Of a stretch of 40,819 nucleotides of DNA, positions 23,846 through 33,999 are shown one piece after another. Under the pieces are notes generated by a model, which did not search any database, was not told the DNA's origin, and worked only from the letters and a program-made list of their open reading frames with translations. The first letter of the stretch is position 1. The number at the start of each line of letters is the position of its first letter. The stretch is from a virus. Lineage: Duplodnaviria; Caudoviricetes. The stretch is taken from positions 1 through 40,819 of the IMG/VR virus record IMGVR_UViG_3300012980_000010. One strand, written 5' to 3'. A program made the position numbers and the translations under genes.

Positions 23846-24835
23846 ATGAAACCGAAGATTTACACCCGCGATAACCTGGTCACCTTCGACCAGGCAACGA
23901 TGGACTCCGCTGGCGCCTTCCTGGTAGGCGAGCTGGAGCGTCTTGACCCGACCATGCACATGCCGCTGGCTTCTGTCACCTGGCACCGTGACATTGACAT
24001 CCGCACGGACGTCACGATTGGCGATGAGCTGTCCAGCTTCACGAACAGCACCTTCGCAGCCGTGGGCGGCACTTCCCCCACGGGTAAAGCCTGGATCGGC
24101 AAGAACAGCAATGCTGTCCCTGGCATCAGCCTGGACATCGGCAAGACCGGCACTCCGTTGACCCTTTGGGGCATGGAGCTGGGCTACACGATTCCCGAGC
24201 TGGTTTCCGCCATGCAAGCCGGACGCCCCCTGGACAGCCAAAAGCTGGAAGCCATCCGCCTGAAGCACAACATGGACATTGACCAGCAGGTTTACGTTGG
24301 CGACACCGACCTGGGCCTTTACGGGCTGGTGAACAGCCCCAGCGTCACCCCGTCCAACGTGGTGAACGGTGCTTCCGCCTCTCCCTTGTGGGCCAACAAG
24401 ACCCCGCAGGAAATCCTCAACGACGTGCGCAGCCTGGAGCAAGCGATCTGGCAGACTTCCGCTTACGCGGTCGCGCCCCGCCAAATCTTGGTTCCCCCGA
24501 CCAAGTACGCTTATCTCCTGCAGCCGGTATCGGTTGGCGGCGTGGGCTACCAGTCGGTGCTGGAGTACATCGCGCGCAACAGCGTGTGCTTGCAGGTCAA
24601 CGGCGTCCCGCTGGAAATCCTGCCCGCCAAGTGGCTGATCGGCGCTGGTGCTGGTGGCACTGACCGGATGATTGGCTATACCCGCGAGCTGGATAAGGTG
24701 CGTTTCCCCATGACCCCGCTGATGAACACCCCGGTGGAGAACAAGGGCCTGTACAAGCTCACGACCTACTACGGCCGCCTCGGCGCTGTGGAAATGGTGT
24801 ACCCCGAAACCGTCGGCTACCGCGACGGGTTCTAA
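23846..24835 (+). CDS. Major capsid protein (DUF2184 type)
   Basis: DSAGAFLVGELERLDP...MDIDQQVYVGD...VEMVYPETVGYRDG. Confidence 0.92.
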   Translation: MKPKIYTRDNLVTFDQATMDSAGAFLVGELERLDPTMHMPLASVTWHRDIDIRTDVTIGDELSSFTNSTFAAVGGTSPTGKAWIGKNSNAVPGISLDIGKTGTPLTLWGMELGYTIPELVSAMQAGRPLDSQKLEAIRLKHNMDIDQQVYVGDTDLGLYGLVNSPSVTPSNVVNGASASPLWANKTPQEILNDVRSLEQAIWQTSAYAVAPRQILVPPTKYAYLLQPVSVGGVGYQSVLEYIARNSVCLQVNGVPLEILPAKWLIGAGAGGTDRMIGYTRELDKVRFPMTPLMNTPVENKGLYKLTTYYGRLGAVEMVYPETVGYRDGF

Positions 24836-24880
24836 AAAACAAGCGCCGGGATCTTCCTGGCGCGTTCAGGGAATGAGAAC

Positions 24881-25066
24881 ATGGCAAAAGTCACCATCGC
24901 AAAGAAATTCACGCTGAACCGCGACGACGGCTCCAGCGCAACCTACGGGCCCGGCAATCACGATATGCCGGACGTTGACGCAAAGCACTGGTTCACCAAG
25001 CTGCATATCGAGCAGCCCAAGGTGGAAGAAGCCAAGGCCGAAGAAAAGGGCAAAGGGGCTAAATAA
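24881..25066 (+). CDS. Small head-associated protein
   Basis: 61-aa ORF after the capsid gene; FTL...G.H...AKHWF. Confidence 0.65.
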   Translation: MAKVTIAKKFTLNRDDGSSATYGPGNHDMPDVDAKHWFTKLHIEQPKVEEAKAEEKGKGAK

Positions 25067-25479
25067 TGAACGAGACGCAATTCCTGGCGATTTTCCCGGA
25101 GTTCTCCAACGCGACGGTTTATTCAGTGGCGATGATCAACTTCTGGCTGGGGGTTGCGGCGAACCTCATTAACCCGACGCGCTGGGGCAACCTGGCGCAG
25201 CAGGGGCAGGCTCTACTGACCGCGCACTACCTGGTGCTGGCCCAGCGCATTGCCGTTGAGGAAGCGGCGCAAAACGCTTCCAACGGGGCAACGTCAATGG
25301 GCGAGTCCCAGGGGCTTATCACCGCGAAGGCTGTGGATGGCGTGAGCGTGTCCAAGGACGTCGCGGCGATCACTATGGAGGGGGCGGGCTCTTACAACCG
25401 CACCAGCTATGGGGTGCAATACTGGCAACTCGCGCAGATGATGGGCGCGGGCGGCTTGCAGATCAACGCTGGATCGTGA
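25066..25479 (+). CDS. DUF4054 head-tail adaptor
   Basis: FLAIFPEFS...LLTAHYL...VSVS...TSYGVQYWQL. Confidence 0.85.
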   Translation: MNETQFLAIFPEFSNATVYSVAMINFWLGVAANLINPTRWGNLAQQGQALLTAHYLVLAQRIAVEEAAQNASNGATSMGESQGLITAKAVDGVSVSKDVAAITMEGAGSYNRTSYGVQYWQLAQMMGAGGLQINAGS

Positions 25480-25976
25480 GCGTCAAGCAAACCAAGAACC
25501 GCGTCCCCGACCTGAAGAAAGCACTCAAAGCCCTGGCCAAAAGCCAGGTGCTTGTGGGCATTCCTGCTTCCTCGTCGGACAACGCGCGGGAGGATGAGCC
25601 CATCACCAACTCGGAGCTGGGCTTCATTCACGAGTTCGGGGCACCGGAGGCCAATATCCCGGCGCGCCCGTTCCTCGTCCCTGGGGTGAAAGCGTCCTGG
25701 GAAAAGGCCAACAAGCTCTTGGCCAGTGGCGCCAAAAAGGTGCTGCAACTCAATCCAAACCCCGCTGCTACGGTAACCCGCACCCTTGAGGCGGCGGGCC
25801 TGTTGGCGCAGGGCAAAGTGGTACAGGAAATTGATGACGGTATCCCCCCAATGCTCAAAGCCGCGACACTTGCGGCCCGGCGTCGCAGGGGGTTCACCGG
25901 TACCAAGCCCCTGATCGAAACCGGACAGCTCAAGCAGTCCATAACCTATGTGGTGAAAGATGCTCCAAATCGGTGA
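25476..25976 (+). CDS. Neck/tail completion protein
   Basis: VLVGIP...IHEFGAPEANIPARPFL...KPLIETGQLKQSITYVV. Confidence 0.8.
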   Translation: MSVKQTKNRVPDLKKALKALAKSQVLVGIPASSSDNAREDEPITNSELGFIHEFGAPEANIPARPFLVPGVKASWEKANKLLASGAKKVLQLNPNPAATVTRTLEAAGLLAQGKVVQEIDDGIPPMLKAATLAARRRRGFTGTKPLIETGQLKQSITYVVKDAPNR

Positions 25977-26325
25977 AGCCTTTGACCCTGCATTCCTGCA
26001 GCCGGTCACCAGGGTCACCCGTGCGGAAGTCATCAATGCCTATGGCGAAACCACGACCACGAATACCAGTACGGTGATTCAAGCCGTGGTGCGGACGGCC
26101 TCAAAGCCCGGCCTGATGCGCTTTGAGGACATGGCGACCTACGCGGATACCATCACGGTGATCACGCAAAGCCCGCTCAACGGGCCCACTGTAGGCGGCC
26201 AGCCGGATCAAATCCTGTGGCGTGGGCAGACCTATGTGGTGGCCGTGGTCAACGATTACCAGGGCTTCGGGTTCACCCGCGCGATCTGCAAGCTGACTGA
26301 TTTGCAGGGGCATAACAATGGCTAA
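25960..26325 (+). CDS. Head closure protein
   Basis: PDQILWRGQTYVV...GFTRAIC; position in the neck module. Confidence 0.7.
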   Translation: MLQIGEAFDPAFLQPVTRVTRAEVINAYGETTTTNTSTVIQAVVRTASKPGLMRFEDMATYADTITVITQSPLNGPTVGGQPDQILWRGQTYVVAVVNDYQGFGFTRAICKLTDLQGHNNG

Positions 26326-26896
26326 CGATTCCAGCACTGGCGGATACCTTGTCCCGTCAGGAACGCCTCCGCTTGACGACCAGGCGCTTGACCGATTCTT
26401 CCATGACGTTTTCATGGGGATCACCGGAATGCCGGCAGCCATGATCCGCCCGCGCTGGCAGATGGAGCCCGGCAACATGCCCGCCCCCGGAACCGACTGG
26501 ATGGCGCAGGGCGCGGTGGAGCGCGAGGACGAAGGCGTGGCCTGGCAATACTTCGCCAAGGGGACGCAGACATTCACCCTGGCGCGCAACCAGGCCATTG
26601 TGAACCTCGTCAGCGTCTATGGCCCGAATGCCAGTACCAACGAAGGGCTTTTGCGCGACGGGCTCTCCCTGGATCAAAACCGGGAGGCCATGAACCTGCA
26701 AGGCATCGGCCTGGTGCGGGTAGGCGACCCTCGCAATATGTCCATGCTCATCAACGAGCAATGGGCGAAGCGCATTGACGTCCGCATCATTTTCAGGCGT
26801 CAGATCATCCGGACTTACCCGGTGCTTTCCATTCAATCCGGCAGCGTTCAGATCGAAACCGATACTGGCGTGGTCGAAACCGTAACCATTACATGA
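26318..26896 (+). CDS. Tail terminator/neck protein
   Basis: MANDSSTGGYL...IRPRWQ...LRDGLSLDQNRE; precedes the sheath gene. Confidence 0.75.
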   Translation: MANDSSTGGYLVPSGTPPLDDQALDRFFHDVFMGITGMPAAMIRPRWQMEPGNMPAPGTDWMAQGAVEREDEGVAWQYFAKGTQTFTLARNQAIVNLVSVYGPNASTNEGLLRDGLSLDQNREAMNLQGIGLVRVGDPRNMSMLINEQWAKRIDVRIIFRRQIIRTYPVLSIQSGSVQIETDTGVVETVTIT

Positions 26897-26906
26897 GGCC
26901 CAGGCT

Positions 26907-28391
26907 ATGACTTCCCAGCTTCCCGTTTCTTCTCTCGTTTCTGCAACCGTCAACCTGGGGGCGACCGCTGCCCAGGCGCAAAGCCTCGCCAACCTGCTGA
27001 TCGTTGGCAGTACCGACATCATTGACACGGTGCAGCGTATCCGCACCTACAACGGCCTGACCGCCGTGGGTACGGACTTCGGCACGACCGCCCCTGAATA
27101 CCTGGCGGCTGCTCTGTGGTTCGACCAGTCTCCCCAACCCGGCAGCGTGATGATTGGCCGCTGGGCGCAAGCCGCGACGCATGGCCGCTTGATTGGCGGT
27201 GCGCTGACTACGGCGCAGCAAGCCATCGCAACCTGGCAGGCGATCACGACCGGTTCGTTCAACGTCACCATTGACGGCACGGTCCACAACATTACCCTGC
27301 TGAATTTCAGCGCCGACTCGAACCTGAACGGCGTCGCTGCAACCATCCAGGCGGCGCTCCCTGTTGGCGTCCTCTGTGTATGGGATGCGGCCTACAGCCG
27401 GTTTGAGTTCAAATCCAGCACCACCGGGACCACGTCGAGCGTTTCCTTCCTGACGCCTGAAGGGACCGGGGTGGACATCAGCGGCATGTTGGCGGCCCTG
27501 TCTACCAGCTCCGGCGCGTATGTGGCCAACGGTATCGCGGCAGAATCCGCGCTGACCGCTGTGCAAACCCTGGATGCGACCTTTGGGGAGCAGTTCTACG
27601 GCGTCATGGTGTGCGGCGCGGCGGATACTGACCATACGGCCATTGCCGGGTACATCGAAGGCGCGACGGCGAAACACGCCTACGGGATCACGACTCAAGA
27701 AGCTGGGGCGCTGGTATCCACGGATACCACCAACATCGCCTATCAGATCAAGCAACTGGGCTACAAGAAAACCTGGACACAGTATTCATCTTCGAGCCCC
27801 TACGCCATCGCCTCGCTGATGGGCCGCCTGCTGACGACCGACTTCACCGGCAACAATACCGCGATCACCCTGATGTATAAGCAGGAACCCGGTGTGGTGG
27901 CGGAAAATCTCAACGCGACGCAGCTTGCCGCGCTGGTGGGTTTCAACTGCAACGTGTTCGTGGCCTACGACAACAACACGGCGATCATCCAGCCTGGCGT
28001 GGCGGGTTCTGGCGACTTCATTGATACCATTTACGGTGCCGACTGGCTGGCCATCACCATCCAGAACGAGGTTTTCAACCTGCTGTACACCAGCCCCACG
28101 AAGATCCCGCAGACGGACGCGGGCAACCATATCATCTTGTCGCAGATCGAAAACGTCTGTGCCCAGGGTGTGGCGAACGGGCTGCTGGGGCCCGGCACCT
28201 GGACTGAAACCGGCTTCGGTACGCTCAACCAGGGCGACTTCATGCCCAAGGGGTTCTACGTGTACGCGCCCCCCATCACCAGCCAAACGTCGGCTGCACG
28301 GGCGGCTCGTCAATCCGTGACGTTCCAGGTGGCGGCGAAGCTGGCCGGGGCGATTCATACCGCCAGCATCCTCATCAACATCAATCGGTAA
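26907..28391 (+). CDS. Tail sheath protein (DUF3383)
   Basis: DFGTTAPEYLAA...FDQSPQP...KQEPGVVAE...KIPQTDAG...KLAGAIH. Confidence 0.92.
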   Translation: MTSQLPVSSLVSATVNLGATAAQAQSLANLLIVGSTDIIDTVQRIRTYNGLTAVGTDFGTTAPEYLAAALWFDQSPQPGSVMIGRWAQAATHGRLIGGALTTAQQAIATWQAITTGSFNVTIDGTVHNITLLNFSADSNLNGVAATIQAALPVGVLCVWDAAYSRFEFKSSTTGTTSSVSFLTPEGTGVDISGMLAALSTSSGAYVANGIAAESALTAVQTLDATFGEQFYGVMVCGAADTDHTAIAGYIEGATAKHAYGITTQEAGALVSTDTTNIAYQIKQLGYKKTWTQYSSSSPYAIASLMGRLLTTDFTGNNTAITLMYKQEPGVVAENLNATQLAALVGFNCNVFVAYDNNTAIIQPGVAGSGDFIDTIYGADWLAITIQNEVFNLLYTSPTKIPQTDAGNHIILSQIENVCAQGVANGLLGPGTWTETGFGTLNQGDFMPKGFYVYAPPITSQTSAARAARQSVTFQVAAKLAGAIHTASILININR

Positions 28392-28397
28392 CAGGTG

Positions 28398-28419
28398 GCC
28401 CGCTTCGGCGGGCTATTTT
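28398..28419 (+). terminator. Terminator-like hairpin
   Basis: GCCCGC-TTCG-GCGGGC-TATTTT. Confidence 0.55.
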
Positions 28420-28447
28420 CTGCCCTTCATCCATGTAGAGGTTCCCC

Positions 28448-28879
28448 ATGAATTACTCGTTTCTCGACACGCATTGCGCCATCGTAGGCCCTGGCGGTGC
28501 TTTTTCCCTGACAGGCGGGGCGGCGAAAGAAGGTATCACCATCGAACAGCGCGCCGAAAAGAGCAAGCTGGACATCGGTGCAGATGGTTCGGGCATGTTC
28601 TCCTTGCGCGCCGACAAGTCGGCCAAAGTGACCATCCGCCTGCTCAAAAACTCGCCGGTCAACGCCCTGCTGTCCGGCCTGTACAACTTCCAATCGCAGT
28701 CCACGGTGGGCTGGGGCCAGAACACAATCTCGCTGGTTTCTTCGGTGGGCGACGCCATCACCTTGCGCCAAGTGGCCTTCACGAAACAGCCGACGTTGAC
28801 CTACGCGGAAGAAGGCGGCATGAACGAGTGGGAGCTTGAGGCCGTCGCAATGGATCAACTGCTGGCCTCTAGCGTCTAA
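28448..28879 (+). CDS. Tail tube protein (DUF3277-like)
   Basis: YSFLD...IGADG..MFSL...TIRLLKNSPVNALL; follows the sheath gene. Confidence 0.85.
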   Translation: MNYSFLDTHCAIVGPGGAFSLTGGAAKEGITIEQRAEKSKLDIGADGSGMFSLRADKSAKVTIRLLKNSPVNALLSGLYNFQSQSTVGWGQNTISLVSSVGDAITLRQVAFTKQPTLTYAEEGGMNEWELEAVAMDQLLASSV

Positions 28880-28881
28880 CC

Positions 28882-29271
28882 ATGATCGAGTTCAAGGTGG
28901 GCGACCATGACTACATGGCGCAGCGTATGGACGCCTTCACCCAGCTCCACGTCGGTCGCCGGATCGCACCACTCCTCTCCCATGTAACATCGGGAGGGGG
29001 GTCTTTTTCTGCTATTGCGACCGCGTTGAGCAAAGCGCCCCAGGAGGACGTGGATTTCGTCATCCGCAGCGCGATCAAGATGGTCAAGCGCAAGAGCGGG
29101 ACGGAATGGGCGCCGGTCTATAACACGAACGCGGGCATGATGGTGTTCGACGACATCACCGGCCTGCAACTGTTCGAGATCGTCAGCCTGGCGATCAAGG
29201 ACGACATTGCCCCTTTTTTCTCCGGCCTCGTCAGCCTGGTGTTAGGTACACCCAAGCCGACGAGCGCCTAG
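28882..29271 (+). CDS. Tail assembly chaperone (G-like); a -1 frameshift would extend the product to 29411
   Basis: Lies between tube and tape measure genes; slippery C CCT TTT at 29211-29217; -1 frame open to TAA 29409-29411. Confidence 0.85.
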   Translation: MIEFKVGDHDYMAQRMDAFTQLHVGRRIAPLLSHVTSGGGSFSAIATALSKAPQEDVDFVIRSAIKMVKRKSGTEWAPVYNTNAGMMVFDDITGLQLFEIVSLAIKDDIAPFFSGLVSLVLGTPKPTSA

Positions 29272-29403
29272 TCACCGACCCGGAGGACTTCATCCTGCGC
29301 CCCATTGGGGCCGGGATGTGCCGGTACGAGTCGGCGCTTGACGGCACGCTGAACCTGGGGGACTTCGCCAGGATGAACGATTACCTCGACCGGAAAATTC
29401 ACA

Positions 29404-30939
29404 ATGGCTAACACGCTTCAGGACTTCCTCGTTTCCCTTGGCTTCAAGGTGGACGAGAACGGCCAAGCCCGCTTTTTCAATGCCATCAAGGATTCAGAAG
29501 CCAAGGCGATGAGCCTGGGCAAGACTGTCGGCAAGGTTGGACTGGCAATCGCGGCCATCGGGTATGAAGCCGCCAAAGGTACGCTGGCTTACGCAAAGAG
29601 CATGGAACAGCTCTTTTACTCCGCCCGGCGTACCGGGGCAAGCCTGGAGAATTTGAAGGCCATACAGCTCACTGGAGCGAGCCTGGGGGCTACTCCGGAA
29701 TCTGCCCATGCCAGCGTTGAGAACGTGGCGTCATTCATGCGCCATAACCCAGGGGCGGACGCCTTTCTGGGAACGCTGGGGGTGCAGACCAAGGACGAGC
29801 AGGGGCACCAGCTCGACACCGTGAAGATCGAGCAAAACCTGGCGGCCAGCTTCCAGAAGATGCAGGAATGGCAGGCGCTTCAATACGGCGGCTTGCTGGG
29901 CATTTCTGACGACATGGTACTGGCCATGCGCAGCCCGGACTTTTCGGAGCAGTTCGAGAAGTACCGTGCGGCGGAAGGTAATGGCGTCACGAAGGCCGGG
30001 GAAGCGGCGCACCAGCTTGGCAACTCGGATCGCCTGTTGGAAGCGCATCAGTTCGGCCTGGCCGCTGAAGCCATGACGCCCGTGATGAACACCCTAAACA
30101 GCACGATTCAGGTCACCAACCGGGAATTGGGCGACAACAACGCCCTGCTGACCAAGCTGATGCAGCTCTGGGCTACCAATGAGGCGATGGGCGGCATTGC
30201 CGAAAAGGTGGGAATGGGTGCCGGGGCCTTGTGGCTCTACAAGAAGATCATGGGGACAGGGGCGGCTGCTGGCGCTGCTGGTGCCGCTGCTGAAGGCGCG
30301 GCTGTAGCGGAAGGGGCCTTGTCCACAGTTCCGCTGCTGGCTGGTGGCGCTGCCATGTTGTATAGCCCAAGCCTCAATGAAGGCGAGGACAAGCAGTTTG
30401 ACAAGATGCGCCAAAGCCTGCCTGCCAAGCAGGAGCAAATGGTGTACACGATGCACCATAAGCTGGGTATGGAGATCCCGGACGCGATTGCGCTGACGGC
30501 GAATTTCACCAAGGAAAGCACCCTTGACCCGCGCGCGGTGGGTGACAAAGGCGAAGCCTATGGGCTGGCCCAATGGCACCCTGACCGCCAGGCCGAGTTC
30601 GCCAAGCAGTTCGGCCATACCATGCAGGAATCCAAAGACCCTATGGGCGAGGAATTGGCTTTCGCGGTATGGGAGCTGAAGAACAAGTACAAGGACACCT
30701 GGGAGCGGATGCAGGCAACGGGCGATGCGCGCACCAAGGCCGAGGTGGTTTCCAGGGGCTATGAGCGACCCAAGGATGCAGACGGCGAGGCTGTGGCGCG
30801 CGGGAATATCGCGCAGAACATCAACACCACCATCAACGTCAACGGCGCGGCAGACCCGAAGAAAACCGCTGACCTGGTGGTGGCCAAGCAGACCCAGGTG
30901 AATACGGCGGCGCGCAATAGCGGGGGAGCGTTTCGATGA
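29404..30939 (+). CDS. Tape measure protein with C-terminal phage-tail lysozyme domain
   Basis: LQDFLVSLGFKVD N-terminus; ANFTKESTLDPRAVGDKGEAYGLAQWHPDRQ...YERP. Confidence 0.88.
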   Translation: MANTLQDFLVSLGFKVDENGQARFFNAIKDSEAKAMSLGKTVGKVGLAIAAIGYEAAKGTLAYAKSMEQLFYSARRTGASLENLKAIQLTGASLGATPESAHASVENVASFMRHNPGADAFLGTLGVQTKDEQGHQLDTVKIEQNLAASFQKMQEWQALQYGGLLGISDDMVLAMRSPDFSEQFEKYRAAEGNGVTKAGEAAHQLGNSDRLLEAHQFGLAAEAMTPVMNTLNSTIQVTNRELGDNNALLTKLMQLWATNEAMGGIAEKVGMGAGALWLYKKIMGTGAAAGAAGAAAEGAAVAEGALSTVPLLAGGAAMLYSPSLNEGEDKQFDKMRQSLPAKQEQMVYTMHHKLGMEIPDAIALTANFTKESTLDPRAVGDKGEAYGLAQWHPDRQAEFAKQFGHTMQESKDPMGEELAFAVWELKNKYKDTWERMQATGDARTKAEVVSRGYERPKDADGEAVARGNIAQNINTTINVNGAADPKKTADLVVAKQTQVNTAARNSGGAFR

Positions 30940-31505
30940 GCGGTATTTTTGACGCAACGGGCGGCGGCCTGGTTTCCTTCGGCCTGGCGGCTGGCGCATC
31001 CCTGCTGGGGATGGGCCAGTCATTCCGTTCCATTGGCGGTATCGTGGCGCAATGCACCATCGAGGAACGCCACACGGACACCATGACGGTGACGCGGCAC
31101 CCGGTAGAGCTGGGGGCCAGCATCACTGACCATGCGTTCATGAACCCGGTGGAAGTGGACATCACGATAGGCTGGGGGACGGGCCAGATCACCCCGCTGT
31201 CGCAGATTTACCAGCAGCTTCTCGACCTGCAGAAGTCGGCCCAGCCATTCGACATCGTGACCGGCAAGCGCAAGTACTCGAACATGCTGATTACCAGCAT
31301 CGGGGAAACCACGGACGCTGACACTGAAAACGCGCTCAAGATTTACCTGACCTGTCAGGAAATCATCACGGTGCAGACGCAGACATCGAGCGTGGGGCCT
31401 TCCGCGAATCAGGCGAACCCGCAGGATACCTCGAACGTGAGCAACACCGGCACGGTGCAAATCAGTGACACGAACATCATGCCTGGCGGGAGCTTCCTGG
31501 CATGA
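30936..31505 (+). CDS. Baseplate/tube initiator protein (Dit-like)
   Basis: EERHTD...TRHPVELGASITDHA...FDIVTGKRKYSNMLI. Confidence 0.8.
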   Translation: MSGIFDATGGGLVSFGLAAGASLLGMGQSFRSIGGIVAQCTIEERHTDTMTVTRHPVELGASITDHAFMNPVEVDITIGWGTGQITPLSQIYQQLLDLQKSAQPFDIVTGKRKYSNMLITSIGETTDADTENALKIYLTCQEIITVQTQTSSVGPSANQANPQDTSNVSNTGTVQISDTNIMPGGSFLA

Positions 31506-31810
31506 CGACCTATTCCATCATCCCGACCCGCCCTGGGACACCGCAGCGGTTCAATGTGTCGCTCAACGGCAAGTCGTACATTTTCCAGCTCGTGTTCAGG
31601 ATTGACACCTGGTTTCTGGACGTCATGGACTTGAACGCGAACCCGCTGGTGTGCGGCATCCCGCTGGTGACCGGCGCTGACCTGCTGGCGCAATACCCGG
31701 AGTTCGGGTTCGGCGGACGCCTGCAAGTGGGCACGGTGGGCAATAACCCGGATCAACCCCCGACCTTCACCGGCCTGGGGGTTCAATCGCAGATGTACTG
31801 GATTCAATGA
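31502..31810 (+). CDS. Small baseplate protein
   Basis: QRFNVSL...GIPLVTGADLLAQY; synteny. Confidence 0.75.
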   Translation: MTTYSIIPTRPGTPQRFNVSLNGKSYIFQLVFRIDTWFLDVMDLNANPLVCGIPLVTGADLLAQYPEFGFGGRLQVGTVGNNPDQPPTFTGLGVQSQMYWIQ

Positions 31811-32724
31811 CGACACAATACGGACGCCAGGCCCAGCTCTTGATCGGCGCGGGCTCATCGCTGATTGACCTGTCGCAGATGGAAATGGAGTTTCAGGTGC
31901 AGGGGGTGATGCTTGAAACCCCCATGACGGCCATGATCCGCGTCTATAACCTGAAGCCGGATACCGCGCGGCGGGTGACCTCTGAAGGCGCGCAGGTGGT
32001 TCTGTCGGCGGGCTACGAGGGCAACTTCAACACGATTTTTAACGGCCAGCTCATCCAGGCCAGAATCGGGCGCGAGAACGGCACGGATACCTACCTGGAC
32101 ATCACGGCGGCGGTGGGCGATTACGCCTACAACCACGGGTTTCTGAACATGACCGTGAGCGCCGGTACTGACATCATCGGGAGGCTGGGCCAGGTTGCCG
32201 GGGCTATCGGCTTGCCGGTGGGCACGATTCAAGCGCCCCCAAGCGGTACGGCGCTGCCAAGGGGCCAGGTGTTTTTCGGGCTGGCCCGTGACCACTTGCG
32301 CGCCATGTGCGCCAGCATTGGCGCGGACTGGTGCATCAACGGCAACGGCGAATTGGACGTCATCGCGTCGGGCTCGTACAAGCCGGGCGACATCCCGGTG
32401 ATCAATGCCAGCACCGGCCTGATCGGGGTGCCGGAGCAGACCGAGATCGGCGTCATGGTGCGCTGCCTGCTCAACCCGAACCTGCAGCAGAACATGGTGG
32501 TGCAGCTCGACAATGCCCAGATTCAGCAGTACGGCTATTCCTCGAACCTGAACGCCCAGGCCTCCGCAGCTTTCGTGCCCCCCTTGTCGGCTGACGGCAG
32601 GTACAAAATCCTGGTGGTGAACCATGTGGGGCAGACGCGCGGCAATGACTGGTACACCGACCTGATCTGCTACAGCAAGATTGTGAACCCCGGCCAGCTC
32701 CAATTCCTTCCGAAGGTGTTTTGA
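31807..32724 (+). CDS. Baseplate hub protein
   Basis: IRVYNL...LSAGYEGN...TGLIGVPEQT...CLLNP...GQTRGNDWYT. Confidence 0.8.
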   Translation: MTTQYGRQAQLLIGAGSSLIDLSQMEMEFQVQGVMLETPMTAMIRVYNLKPDTARRVTSEGAQVVLSAGYEGNFNTIFNGQLIQARIGRENGTDTYLDITAAVGDYAYNHGFLNMTVSAGTDIIGRLGQVAGAIGLPVGTIQAPPSGTALPRGQVFFGLARDHLRAMCASIGADWCINGNGELDVIASGSYKPGDIPVINASTGLIGVPEQTEIGVMVRCLLNPNLQQNMVVQLDNAQIQQYGYSSNLNAQASAAFVPPLSADGRYKILVVNHVGQTRGNDWYTDLICYSKIVNPGQLQFLPKVF

Positions 32725-33410
32725 TGCGCCAGATCGAGCTGACTCAAGACCAGCAACAGATTTTTACGCAAGCCCTGAACGCGCGGCTAGCCTCTGTCTG
32801 GACAACCATGCCGGGGATCATCCAGTCATTTGACCCGGTGAAACAGACGGCGGAAGTCAAGACGGCGATTCGCGGGGTGCAGTTTGACCAGGACGGCAAC
32901 TCGACTCCGGTGGAATTGCCCCTGCTGGTGGATTGCCCGGTGATCTTCCCGTCCGGGGGTGGATTCACGCTGACCTTCCCGGTGGCCCTGGGGAATGAGT
33001 GCGTCATTTTCTTCGGCGCACGGTGTATTGATGCGTGGTGGCAATCGGGCGGGGTACAGAACCAGGTCGTGATGCGGATGCACGACCTGTCTGACGGCTT
33101 CGTGCTGGTAGGGGTTTCCAGTGTCCCCAACGTCATCGCCAACATCAGCACCACGGCAACCCAGCTTCGCAGCGCGGACGGGCTGACCTATGTGGAAGTG
33201 GGGCCGTCCGAGATCAAGGTGGTGGCGCAGACCGTGAACGTGCAAGCCACGAACGCCACGGTAACCGCTTCCAATACCGCAACAGTGGACGCTCCCACGG
33301 TTGACGTGAACGCATCGAGTGCGGCCAACATTACAACGCCCCAGGCGACCGTAACCGGTAACGCCACGGTGACCGGAAACGTGATCGTTCAAGGGACTTT
33401 GACCGTATGA
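32721..33410 (+). CDS. Baseplate spike (Gp138/gpV-like)
   Basis: LPLLVDCPVIFPSGGGF...RCIDAWWQSGG...RMHDLSDG; beta-helix-like Val/Thr repeats. Confidence 0.88.
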   Translation: MMRQIELTQDQQQIFTQALNARLASVWTTMPGIIQSFDPVKQTAEVKTAIRGVQFDQDGNSTPVELPLLVDCPVIFPSGGGFTLTFPVALGNECVIFFGARCIDAWWQSGGVQNQVVMRMHDLSDGFVLVGVSSVPNVIANISTTATQLRSADGLTYVEVGPSEIKVVAQTVNVQATNATVTASNTATVDAPTVDVNASSAANITTPQATVTGNATVTGNVIVQGTLTV

Positions 33411-33679
33411 GCTCAGGCGTAGCCATCCTTGGGAGCACGTCGAGCCATGGCGGCACGATGACATCAGCCTCCGGATCCAAGCTGCAAACCCCGCAAGGGG
33501 CTGCTTGCGTCGATGGCGACCTGCACAGCTGCCCGATCACCGGGCATGGCGTGACCCCTGTGACGGGCAATTCCACCCGGGTAACCGTGGGCGGGAAAAA
33601 GGTAATCCTGAACGGGTCCGTTGCCGGCTGCGGCGCGGTCATCAACGGCGGGTTCGCCACAAGGACGGAACTCTCATGA
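33407..33679 (+). CDS. PAAR-domain spike tip protein
   Basis: SSHGG...GDLHSCPITGHG...GSVAGCGAVI. Confidence 0.85.
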   Translation: MSSGVAILGSTSSHGGTMTSASGSKLQTPQGAACVDGDLHSCPITGHGVTPVTGNSTRVTVGGKKVILNGSVAGCGAVINGGFATRTELS

Positions 33680-33999
33680 TCTACCGTGCGCTGGACGCAA
33701 ATGGCGACTATCAGATTGGCGTGTTCCTTGCGAACACCCCAGCGACAGTCGGGCAGGCCGTCATCACCAGGCTCCTGCTCTGGAAGAGTGAATGGTTCCT
33801 GGATGTGACGGATGGCACCCCTTGGCTGCAGGACATCGTCGGCAACAACACGAATTACGACTTTGAGATTCAAAGCCGGATTCTGGACACGCCCGGTGTC
33901 ACTGACATCGTGAGCTATGCCAGCTCTGTCGTGAACCGCCGTCTTTCTGTGACGGCAACGATCAATACCATTTACGGGCAGACGAGCGTAACCCTATGA
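33676..33999 (+). CDS. Baseplate wedge subunit (gp25/gp46-like)
   Basis: YRALDANGDY...QAVITRLLLWKSEWFLD..DGTPW...TIYG. Confidence 0.8.
   Translation: MIYRALDANGDYQIGVFLANTPATVGQAVITRLLLWKSEWFLDVTDGTPWLQDIVGNNTNYDFEIQSRILDTPGVTDIVSYASSVVNRRLSVTATINTIYGQTSVTL

Noticed and set aside
23159-24484. Long antisense ORFs (e.g. 23159-24484, 26889-27755, 30094-31023, 31855-32703)
   Set aside because: Shadow frames of GC-rich structural genes with no recognisable motifs
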